NCBI GenBank assembly: GCA_943704415.1
Contig: CALSCO010001421.1
Location: 1 to 62,082, forward strand
Source of the DNA: Parvularia atlantis
Lineage: Eukaryota
Direction of reading: 5' to 3'
DNA: 62,082 bases
The notes under the pieces: generated by a model
The model's input: only the letters and a program-made list of their open reading frames with translations
Databases searched by the model: none
Told to the model about the DNA's origin: nothing
Program-made: the position numbers and the translations under genes
Shown here: piece by piece, positions 1 to 12,093 of the stretch
Layout: each line of letters opens with the position of its first letter
Numbering within the stretch: position 1 is the first letter of the stretch

Positions 1-16
1 GGGGGGGCGCGCGCAC

Positions 17-220
17 CTGCACGGTCGAGCACAGCGCCTCGGCCGCGCGCGACGGCGGCGCCTGCCCGGCCGGGGGCGAGCCGCTGCCGGTGAGCGGCCG
101 CGCCGACGCGCCTCCGCCGGGCGGGCTGCCGGACGGGCCGACGGCGGGCCGGCGCGCCATGGACGACAGGGCCGAGCGCCGCGAGACGAACGTCGGGCCG
201 GTGCTGACGGCGGTGGCCAT
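17..220 (-). CDS. First coding exon of an unknown protein; the gene continues off the left edge
   Basis: ATG at 220, 68 open codons ([16 protein letters not shown]...ALCSTVQ), then a CAG|GTGCGC donor at 16 matching the window's consensus. Divergent from H2A.Z. Confidence 0.6.
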
Positions 221-256
221 CGTCGTTGTGGGCGCGCGCGCGCGCGTTCCGCGGTT

Positions 257-341
257 TTCAAAGTGCTTTGGCGCCAAACGCGAGAAGCATCGAGAAGCGT
301 CGAGAAGGGTGCGCTTTGGCGCGCTCGACCGTTTTCCCGCG
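257..341. promoter_or_regulatory. Bidirectional promoter with E2F-like sites and a CHR-like element
   Basis: TTTGGCGCCAAA palindrome 267-278, TTTGGCGCGC 315-324 and TTTTCCCGCG 332-341 (E2F consensus TTTSSCGC). TTCAAA 257-262 is the reverse complement of the CHR element TTTGAA. Confidence 0.5.
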
Positions 342-418
342 TCACACGGCCAGCGCGCCATTTTACCGTTCGCCCGCGCGCCTCTCTCACCTCTTCTCCT
401 TCCCCTCGCGCAGACACA

Positions 419-1113
419 ATGGTGCGTGCTGCCCGCCCGGCCGCCCCGCCGCGCCCCCTTCCTCACGCTCTCGCGGCGCGTGCGCGCGCGCGCACAGGCT
501 GGCGGCAAGGCTGGCGGCAAGACCGGTGCCAAGGACAAGGGCAAGGACGACAAGAAGAAGAACACGCCGACGTCGCGGTCGGCGCGCGCGGGCATCCAGG
601 TGCGCGCCACGCCGCCACCGTTGCCCAGTCGCGCGCCGGCTCACGCGCGCCGCCCGCCGCAGTTCCCCGTCGGCCGTGTGCACCGCCTGCTGAAGAAGAA
701 GGCGTCCAACAACGGCCGCGTCGGCGCCACGGCAGCGGTCTACAGCGCGGCCATCCTCGAATACCTCACGGCCGAGGTGCGCAGCGCCCCCGCGCACGCT
801 CGGGCAGCGCTGATGCCGCGCTGGCTGCAGGTGCTCGAGCTCGCCGGCAACGCGTCGAAGGATCTGAAGGTGAAGCGCATCACGCCGCGCCACCTGCAGC
901 TCGCCATTCGCGGTGACGAGGCACGTCGCGCGCCCCTGGGCGGTGATCCGCCGCCGCCGCCCGGCCGCTCACACGCGCGCGGTGCCGCAGGAGCTCGACA
1001 CGCTCATCCGCGCGACCATCGCCGGCGGCGGTGTTATCCCGCACATCCACAAGACCCTGATCAACAAGGCGACCAAGAAGGGCAAGCTGGGCGCGCCCGG
1101 CACGATCGTCTGA
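419..1113 (+). CDS. H2AZ: Histone variant H2A.Z (5 coding exons)
   Basis: Spliced product M|AGGKAGGK...[17 protein letters not shown]...[73 protein letters not shown]. The first exon is ATG only. The last intron (921-990) is GC-AG. Confidence 0.97.
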
Positions 1114-1290
1114 GAGTCCCCTCACCCGCGCCCCTCCCTTCGTCCCTGTACGCGACGCAGCGCGGCCGTCGCCCGGCCCGTTTTCCCTCCCGATTGTTCC
1201 GTCTGTGTGCGTAGTCGCGCGTGTGTCTGTGTGCGCCCACTGGAGATGCAGTCCGAACCAAGCGACAAGCGCAAACACGCCATTCAGCGC

Positions 1291-2704
1291 TCACGGCGGC
1301 GCGGCCAGTGGTGAAGCGAGCGTCTGCCGTATGTGCCGCACGCAGAGCGCCGCGCGCTGCATGCGCAGCACGGGCTGCGTGCACCCTTCGGCGGCGCACG
1401 CCTGGTACAGGCACTGCTGCGGGTCCTCGAGGATGTGTCGCAGGCAGAACGTCGCCAGCGGGAGCGCGGCAGCAGTGCACGGCACGGGCCCGCTCGCAGC
1501 GCCGTCGCCAGCCGTCGACTGGCAGCGCGGCGGCGGTGGTGGCGCCCGCTCCTGGCGGCTCAGGCGCAACGGCACCGCGGTCGCGCGCCTCGCCACGCCG
1601 TACTTGCGCATCGCCTGCAGCCGCCGCGGCTCGGCCGTCGACGACAGCGGCACCGCGCCGCTGAACGGCGCGTCGCCCCACGCCGCCCGCCCGGCCATTG
1701 CCCAGTAGAACGGCGCCGAGCCGCGCCGGGTGCGCGTGAGCGGCCCGCCGCCGACCATCGCCACGGGCAGCGACAGTAGCCGACGTGCCTTCGCGCCCTC
1801 GCCCGGAGAATCGTCGTCCTCGCCCCCGAGGCTGCCGGTGACCGCACGGCCGCCCGCGGCGTCGCGCCCGCGCATGGCCTGGCGCGTCGCGTGCACGTGC
1901 ACGCCCCCGTCGGCGGGGGCCGGTGCTGGTGCTGGTGCTGGCGGCTGCGGCGCCATTGGCGCGTTCGCGGGTGCCGGTGCAGCTGCAGCGACGGGCGCCG
2001 GCGAGCCCGCGGGCGTGATGGGCTGGACGTCCTCATCGCTGCCGTGCGGCGTCGTGGTGCGCGACGGTGCGGCCGAGACACTCACGGGCCGCGGCGCGGA
2101 GGATGCAGGCGGCGCGGGCGGCACCACGGGCGTACGCAACGCGGCCAGGGCGCCCGCGCGGTTCGACGTCGACGTCGTGAAGAGCGAGAGGCGCTGCGCC
2201 ATCAGCGACGTGTCGGGCCCAGGCGCCGGGAAGACCTCGCGCTGCCGCCGCTGCAGGTCCAGCAGCTCCTGCTCGTACAGCGAGCGCAACTGCAGCTGGC
2301 GCTGGAGCCGCCGCAGCGCGACCTCGTCCTCGGTCCACGCGCCGGCGTGCGCGAGCGGGTCGATGTCGGCCGCGACGGCGTCGGGCGTCTCGGCCCAGCG
2401 CATGAGCACGTCGTCGATCATCTCCATCGGCTGCGTTTGCGGCAGCGCGCGCGCCTCGGCGAACTCGGCCGGGTCCTCGAGCCAGAGCGGGCTGCTCCAG
2501 GGCATGGCGACATTGCGCACCTCGATCGGGACGGGCACCTGGCGCGGAGGCATCGAGCGGTCAGGCGCCGCACCGGCAGCGGGCACGCACGCGCTGACGA
2601 CGACATGCCTCGTTCACAATCACGTTCTCCTGCCGCAGGAACGCCGCGAGGCGCTGCGCGGGCGTGAGCGACGTGTCGACCGTCGACCGCCGCTTCTGCG
2701 CCAT
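1291..2704 (-). CDS. KANSL2: KAT8/NSL complex subunit 2-like (KANSL2/NSL2) with C-terminal Cys/His fingers
   Basis: DPLAHAGAWTEDEVAL...LRSLY resembles the KANSL2 DPLKHAGVYTAEEVAL motif. C-terminal CQ...CTAAALPLATFCLRH...CAAEGC...CVRH. Exon 1 is 2704-2609, followed by a GC-AG intron 2608-2539. Confidence 0.8.
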
Positions 2705-2735
2705 CCCGCCTCGGCCCGATCGGGCGAATTCAGGC

Positions 2736-4373
<1,638 letters not shown>

Positions 4374-4490
4374 GACACACACAGTCACCTGTGCACTACC
4401 ATGTTTCGCCAGCGCGCGCCAAAGGTTCTGAGAGCACGCACAGAGACACAAACCGCGCACACAGTTTTTTTGCTCCGTGGGGTGCCCCGC

Positions 4491-5775
4491 TCACGCCGTC
4501 GCCGCGCCGCCCCGCAGCTTCTCCAGGCGGCGGTCGCGCTCCTCAATGATCGAGAGCTTGACGCCCTTGCTCTTGGGCAGCGACACGAGCGACTTGTTGC
4601 CCGTGCCGAGCACGAAGACGTTGCCGATGCGCGTCGCGAACGAGTGGTTGAGGGCGTCCTGCGCACCGCGCACGTCGTCAGCCCGTCCGTCGCCGCGCGA
4701 GCACAGCCGCGCGCCCGCACCTTGACCTGGACGATGTCGAACGAACCCGGGTGGCGCTCGCGGTTGACGATCGTGCCCACGCGGCCCGTGTTGCGCCCGC
4801 CCGTGACCATGCAGATGTTGCCTAGCGGTTCCCGGCGCCGTCAGCGGGGGCGCCACGCGCCAACGCCCCCCGCGCGCGCGGCACGCACCCGTGTCGAACT
4901 TGCAGAACTCGAGCACCTTGCCCGTCTCAATGTCGATGCGCATGGTGTCGTTCGCCTTGATGAGCGGGTCGGGGTAGCGGATCGTGCGGCCGTCGTAGGT
5001 CGTGGCCACGGGGATGCCCTTGGGGCCGAGGGCGATCTTGCGCACGCGGCACAGCTTGTACTTGGCCTCCTCGGCCGTGATGCGGTGCAGTGTGAAGCGG
5101 CCCTTGGTGTCGAGCAGCAGGCGGAAGTGCTCGTTCGTCTTCTCGATCGACACCACATCCATGAACCCGGACGGGTACGTCGGCTCTGTCCGCACCTTGC
5201 CGTCCACCTGCGTGCGCGTGCCGCGGTCTCCCGTGAGTCGCGCGCGCACGCAGCGCGTACGCGTGCACGCGTGCACGCGCGACACGCACCTTGACGTGGC
5301 GCTGCATCAGGATGTACTTGACCTCCTTGCGCGTGAGCGCGTACTTGAGGCGGTTGCGCAGGATGATAATCAGCGGCAGGCACTCGCGCGACTTGTGCGG
5401 GCCGGGCGCGGGCTTGGGCGCAAAGTGGCCCGTGAGCTTGTCGAGCATCCAGTGGCGCGGAGCCGCCAGCCTGCGAGCGCGCGCGCCTGTGTCAGTGCAC
5501 ACCGCGCGCCGCGTGCCGTGCGGGCGGGCGCACCTCTTGAGGTGCTTCTTGACGCCGCGAGCCTGCGAGGCGCGAGCGCGCGCGTGAATTTCGGTCCGTG
5601 CGACGTGCGGGTCGTGCGTTCGCGACCCCGCGCCCCATCCGTCCAGCCCAACCATCCACCCATCCATCCATCCGTCCGCCCATCGGGGCGGTGTTCGGGG
5701 CGTGCGGCGCGGGGCCACGGGGGCGTGCGGCGGCGTCGTGGGGTTTGGTGCGGGTTTGGTGCGTGCGCGCACCAT
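4491..5775 (-). CDS. RPS4: 40S ribosomal protein S4 (eS4)
   Basis: [23 protein letters not shown]...[12 protein letters not shown]...[18 protein letters not shown]...GGRNTGRVG...[27 protein letters not shown]. Five introns. Confidence 0.97.
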
Positions 5776-5824
5776 GGTGCCTGTTCCTCGATCCGAAAGA
5801 GGCTGCTCCAAGTAGTTTTCAAGA

Positions 5825-7013
5825 ATGACTGATCGGATGTCTGACAGCGGCGCACTGACCGGCGCCAATGCACCAAGCTGCGCCAACGCGCCGGCGCCGC
5901 CCGGTGCACCACCACCCGACGAGTCCAGTCTCAGCAAAAACGCGCGCAAGCGGCTGGAGAAGCAGCGCCGGCGCGAGGAGCAGCGACCGCAGTTCCTTCA
6001 GCTCCGCCGCGAGAAGGGCAAGCTGCGGCGCAAGCGCCGGCGCGAGGCGATCGCCAAGGCGGCCGCGGCCGAGGTGGCGGCGGCCGAGGCGGCGGCATCG
6101 GCAGGTGGGAGCGATGCCGGGGCGAGCGGGACGGACGAAGCGCACGGCAAGCGGCGGCGGGTCGAGCAGGTGCTGACCCCGCTGCGCATCGTGCTCGACA
6201 TGTCGTTCGACGAAATGATGACCGACTCGGTGCGCGGCGCACGGGCCCGGCGCGAGCGTCCCAGCGGCTCACGCAGCGCACGCGCAGGAGGTCGTCTCGG
6301 CGTGTTTCCAGGTGCAGAACTGCCACGGGCTCAACCGGCGGGCGCCGCTCGCCTGCACGCTGTACGCGACCGGCATGGGCGGCCGGGCCAAGGCGCGCTT
6401 CGACGGGCCGCTCAAGGACTCGAGCCGCTGGGCGGTGCGCCGTTTCAAGAGCGCGCGCACGGCCGATGCTGAGCGCAGGCTGCGCGCAGAACTTTGTGCT
6501 GACGACGCAGGGCTACACGAAGCTGTTTGCGCGCGAGCAGCTTGTGTACCTCACGGCCGACTCGCCCAACGTGTTGAGCGAGCTGAGCGACAACAAGGTC
6601 TACGTGATCGGTGGCCTGGTCGACCACAACCGGTACAAGGGCCTGTGCCTGCGGCGCGCGGAGGAGGCGCAGGTGGCGCACGCGCAGCTGCCGATCAGCC
6701 AGTTCCTGCGCATGGCCTCGCGCAAGGTGCTCGCGATCAATCACGGTGCGCCGGCCGAGCCCTACGCTCGGTGCGCGCCCCGCCGTGCTGACCGCGGCGA
6801 CGGACCGCAGTGCTCGACATCCTCCTGCGCTACCGTGAGACGCGCGACTGGGCCGCCGCGTTCACCGCGGCCATCCCGACGCGCAAGCAGTTTGAGCTCA
6901 AGGCCGACGCGGGCGCAGCCGCCGAGGGCGACGGTGAGCCCGCGGCCGACGCGGGCAGTGACAGCGGGGAAGGGAATGAGGACGGCAGCCAGGACACAGA
7001 CACGGAAAGCTGA
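5825..7013 (+). CDS. TRM10: tRNA m1G9 methyltransferase Trm10 (start at 5825 or 5837)
   Basis: [65 protein letters not shown]. Three introns. Confidence 0.93.
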
Positions 7014-7036
7014 CACGACTCAGTCCGGTCAGACGG

Positions 7037-9165
7037 ATGCTGCCACGCGGGCTGCTCGCGACGCGCCTCGCCGGCTACCTGCAGCAGCCGGTGGTCGACC
7101 GCGCGCTAGTGATCGTGGGCGCGACGGGCGTGGGTGCGCGGCCCGCGCCGGCTGCACGTGCAGCGCGAGGCCCGCCCACACCCCGCGCGCGCACAGGCAA
7201 GACGCGCCTCGTGAACGACGTCGCCGACCAGCTGGTTGGCGTCGTGCTGCGCTACCGGGCCGTCGACGACGGTGCGCGCGTGGTTAGTGTCTGAGCGTGT
7301 GCGCGCTCAACGCTGGCGGCTGCGCAGCCGGCGCGCGCTTCGAGCAGCGCCTCGAGCAGCTCGAGCGCAGCGTGCTGCAGCGACTGAGCGGCGCGGCGGC
7401 GGCAGCGGCGCCGAGCGTGGCCGACGTGGCGGGCGTGCTGGACGGCGCGTTCGCGCGCGAGACCGCTGCTGTCCTGCCGGAGCTGCTGGCGACCCGCGAC
7501 GGTGTGCGAGCTGAGCTGCACACTCTTTCGGCGTGCACGCTGAGCCAGCTTAGACCAACGACGGCTCACGACATCGCTGCCGGCCAAGCTCGCGGCGACG
7601 GCAGGGACCGAGCAGCTGCTGCGGCACGCAACCGCAGCGCGCTTGCCCGACGGCACAGCGCTATTGCCGCCGCTGGCGCTCGCCTACGACCTCATGGTTG
7701 CGAGCGAGACGAACGGCTTCCGGCGGCCGCGCTCGGGCCGCGTCGTGCTGCCCTTCCTGCTCGCGCTGCTTAGCCGGCTGGCCCCGCGCGCGCCCGCGGC
7801 CGAGCAGTTCAAGCTGGTCGTGACGCTGAGCGAGAGGGTGCGGGACGGCCGCGGCGCCTGCGAACGCCTCGCCTGAGCCCGCGCGATCGGCAGACGCACG
7901 ACGCGAGCCAGCAGCGCGAGAGCGACTTTGTCGACCTGCTGCTGCTGCTCTTCACAGAGTGGAACACGAGTGCGTGCGCGTGTCGCACAGACGCGCGCAC
8001 GTGCTGACCGCGCGCAGAGTTCCCCGCGACCATCCCTGTCGTGATCGACGCGGCGCACCCGTACTACGCCCACGCGCTCGGTTCGCTTCAGCCGGCGCGC
8101 ACGTGCAGTTGTGGGCGCTGAGAGCGGGCGCGCGCGTGCGCAGGCATGGACTTCCTGGTGCCGACGGCGCGCGTGATGCCGCACTCGGCCGACACGGTCG
8201 CCCGTGTTGAGTTCCTTGAGGCGTGGCCGCCGATCGCGCGCTCGGGCATGCCCCTGACGCGGCACGCGCAGGTGCAGCGCGTGGAGAAGGAGCACGCACG
8301 CGTCGCCCTCGTGCCCGAGCGGCTCAGCGCCGACGAGTTTGAGCGGGTCTACGCGGCGGTGTCTGGCCACGCCGCGCACCTGACCGACCTGCTCCAGCTG
8401 TGCGTGCGCGCGCAGCCCGCGTCTCTCGTCTGTGACAAGCGTTGCGCCGCGCAGAGCTCGCAACCCGGGGCAGGAGCTCACGCCCGCGGCGCTCGAGGCG
8501 TACGTCGCGGCCAAGGGCGACGAATTTATCTGGCGCCTGGACGAGTGGTGAGCGCGGCCAGTCTTCGTCGTCACACGTGCGCTCACATGTCTTTGTCGCG
8601 CGCAGCATCGCACGCTGCACACTCGACGACGGCTCCAGCGCCCCTGCGCAGGTGCTGTACAGCTTCATGGACGTGATAGAGCGGCTGGCGCAGGTTGAGA
8701 TGGTGCGGCGACCGCTCTTGCTGGGCCGCGCGTCGCTGAGTCGGCTTGAACACGCGGCGCCAGCTGGTCAACGTCAGCGGCGACTATGGCGCCGAGCTGC
8801 TGGGCCATGCGCCCGTGCACATCTTGCTGCGGCAGGGGTGCGTGCGCAGGTACGCGCTGAGGGCGTCGCGTCTGAGCTAGCGGTGCAGGCTGCTGCTGCA
8901 GCTCGTCGCACCCGAGTACCTCGTGCCGTGCTCGCTCGTGGACCAACGCGCCATGGCGCGCTGGCTGCGCGACCGGAAGCGTGCGTGCGTGCAGCAAGCA
9001 TGCCGCACGGTGCCAACGCGACGCCATCGCGCGCACACAGAGTCGCTCGGCTGGTGGCAGCGCCTGCAGTACGCGTGGTACTCGTACGTGCACGGCGTGG
9101 GCCCGCTGCACCACATGCGCTACGAGAGCAGGCCCGAGTCGGCGCAGCCACCGACCGACGCCTGA
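7037..9165 (+). CDS. Uncharacterised P-loop NTPase (AAA/ATPase_2-like)
   Basis: Walker A LVIVGATGVG|KT is split by an intron. About 11 consensus introns keep the frame open to TGA at 9163-9165. One donor near 7504/7531 is ambiguous. Confidence 0.6.
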
Positions 9166-9200
9166 CGTGTGTACACCGTACAGCCAAGCACACATGCACA

Positions 9201-12044
9201 TCAGCTCGCGTTGATCGGCGCCTGAGCCGCTTCGCGCGCGTTCGACTCCATGTCGGTCTGGTTGGCCCAGAGCGTCGCGTACGCGCCGCTGGGCCGGTTG
9301 ACGAGCTCGGCGTGCGTGCCCTCCTCGAGCACGCTGCACGCGCGCGTCAGGCGGGGCGGCAGACGCGCCGCAGGCCCTCGCGCACCCCGACAGGCCGCCA
9401 ACGACGATGATCTTGTCGGCATCGACCACGGTCGAGAGCCGGTGCGCGATGATCAGCGTCGTGCGCGCCTTGGACAGTGAGCTGCCACCATGCGGCGGTC
9501 AGGCGGGCAGTGTGTACGCCTCAAGCGCACCGGAACGCGCTCAGCACGTCCTGCTCGGTCTTGGTGTCGAGCGACGACGTCGGCTCGTCCATCATGAGGA
9601 TGGGCGTGTTCTTGAGGAACGCGCGCGCGATGCTCACGCGCTGCTTCTCGCCGCCTGCACGCATCGTCAGCGCAGGCTTGCACGTCCCGCGGCCGCTGCG
9701 CCACCAGACAGCTTCAGCCCGCGCTCGCCCACGACCGTCTCGTACTTGCTCGGCATTTTCTCGATCACGTGGTGGATTGCGGCGAGCTTTGCGGCCTGGG
9801 CGGACGCGCGCACTCGGCCCCTCTGTGCCCATCGTGCACGCGCGCACACACGCACCTCGTACACCTCCTCGGCCGACGCGCTCGGTCGCCCGTACGCGAT
9901 GTTGTAGAAGATGGTATCGTTGAACAGCGCCGTGTCCTGCGCCGCGTGAGCTAGCGCTGCCCGCACCACGAGAGCACACCTGCGGGATGACCGCGATCTG
10001 CTGCCGCAGGCTCTGCAGCTGGATCTCGCGCACCGACACGCCGTCGATGAGGATGTCACCCTCGCTGGGCTCATAAAAGCGGAAGAGCAGGCGCAGGATG
10101 GTCGACTTGCTGCACTGGGGCTCAGCCGCGGTGCCGGGCATGCAGACGCACATGCACGCACCCGGCTCCGCTCGCGCCAACAAAGGCGACCTTCTTGCCG
10201 GCCGGGACCACCAACGAGAGGTTCTTGAGGATCGGGCGGGTGCTGTCGTAGCCGAACGCGACGTTGCGGAACTCGATGTCGCCGCGCAGGATCGGCATTG
10301 GCCGCGCGGTCGGCAGGTCCTGCCCGCGGCGCGGTGGCGTCAGCGCACTTCTTGGCTGGGCCGGTCGCAAGCAGCGCACCACGACTTGCGGCTGGACGAG
10401 CTGTAGGCTCATCATCGCGTCCATGTCGATGAGCGACTGGCGCAGCTCGCGGTAGACCGTCCCGAGGAAGTTGAGCGGGAGCGTGAGCTGTTGCGTATGC
10501 GCTGGTCAGCTTGCGAGGCATTGTCACGCACTGCCAAGCGCACCTGGAACACGAGCGTGTTGATCATGACGAGATCGCCCATGGTCATCGTGCCTGCGCG
10601 TGGCACGCTCAGCCTTGCACCGCGTGTGTGTGTCGCGCGTGCCCGCACCGGCAGACACGCCCTGCGCGGCCATCCACATCATGTACGTGAGCGAGACCGA
10701 GAAGATGAACGACTGGCCAAAGTTGAGCAGCGCCAGGCTCGAGGCCGTCTTGAGCGACGAGTGCTCGTAGCGCGCGAGAAATTTGTCGTACTGCTGCATC
10801 TCGAAGCGCTCGTTGTTGAAGTACTGTCCCCCGAGCGCGCGCTGCGTGAGACTTGCGATGTATCGGCGGCAACGGCGCAGACCTTGACGGCCTCGTAGTT
10901 GATGAGCGAGTCGATCACCTTTGTCGCGGCGTCGTTATCGGCCGTATTCATGTGCTTGCGAAACTTTGTCCTGGTACGGCGCGCGCGCGCGTGAGCGGGA
11001 CCGACAACGCATGTGCACGCACCGCCACGATGTGATCCCAAACGTGAAGGCCACGTACGACGCCACCGTCGCCGCAGCGGTGTACCCAAAGACGCTCCCG
11101 TACTGCTGCGTCTGCGTGCCGCGCGTCAGTCCCGTCACGACGAAAGCACGGGGAGAGGCCGCGCACGAGGATGCCGCAGACGAGGCCGACCTCGAGGATC
11201 GTCGGGAAGATGTTGAAGACGAGCGAGCTGAGGAAGAAGCTGATGCCCCTGCGCGGCCGGCGGCAGCGGCGTCACGTCACGGCGTCTACGGGGCGGCACG
11301 GCGCGGCGCGGCGCACTTGTTGCCGCGGTCGAGGGCGCGCGCGAGGCCGCCCGTCTGCCGCGTGAGGTGGAACTTGAGGTCGAGCGCGTGCAGGTGCGTG
11401 AACACGTTGAGCGCGGCCGCGCGGACGGCCTTCTGCGCCACGGCCGCGAAGACGGCGTTGCGCAGCTCGCCAAAGAGGGCCGTGCCCGTGCGCGCCGCGC
11501 CATCTGCGCCCGCCCCTCAGCTCGCTGCGCCGATTGCAACGACACGCACAGCCCAGGATCGCCGCGCCCGCCACCGTCGCCACCGACACGCCCGGGGCCG
11601 CGTTGATGCTGTCGACAATCTCCTTGAAGTACATGGGCACTGCCCCGGCCGTGTCGCGTCGCGCCTTAGTTGGATCCCGCGCGGACCCCGCGCGCGCGCA
11701 CCCTGGACGTTGAGCAGCTTGCCCGTCACCAGGAACGAGAGCGCGAGCACGACGCGCGCCTTGACCTGCGGCTGCCCCTTGGGCCAGAGGTACTTGGCGA
11801 GCGAGCGCACGATCTCGCGGTCCGATATCTGCGCGTCGGGGCGCGCGATGTTCACGTCAGCACCCGATCGGTGCCCGCTCACGCGTGCCCGTGCCTTGGG
11901 CCGGTTCTCCTCGGGCGTCGCGGTCGTTGCCCCGGCCGCCGCCGCCACCGGCTTGCGCGCGTTCTGCAGCAGCCGCGCGCTGCCGCAGAACGGCCGCATC
12001 GCGAGCGCGGATCGCGCCGTCGGTCGCAGGAGCGCGTTGATCAT
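9201..12044 (-). CDS. ATM1: Mitochondrial ABC half-transporter Atm1/ABCB7
   Basis: Arg-rich presequence, [44 protein letters not shown], Walker A GASGAGKST, signature [23 protein letters not shown]. About 15 introns. Confidence 0.95.
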
Positions 12045-12093
12045 CCGCGTTCAATGAGTGCGTGGTGCGTTCGGATCTGCGTACAAGCGCTCT

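Noticed and set aside
5563..5772. Intronic snoRNA in RPS4 intron 1
   Set aside because: No C box (RUGAUGA) / D box (CUGA) pair or evident H/ACA layout on the sense strand.
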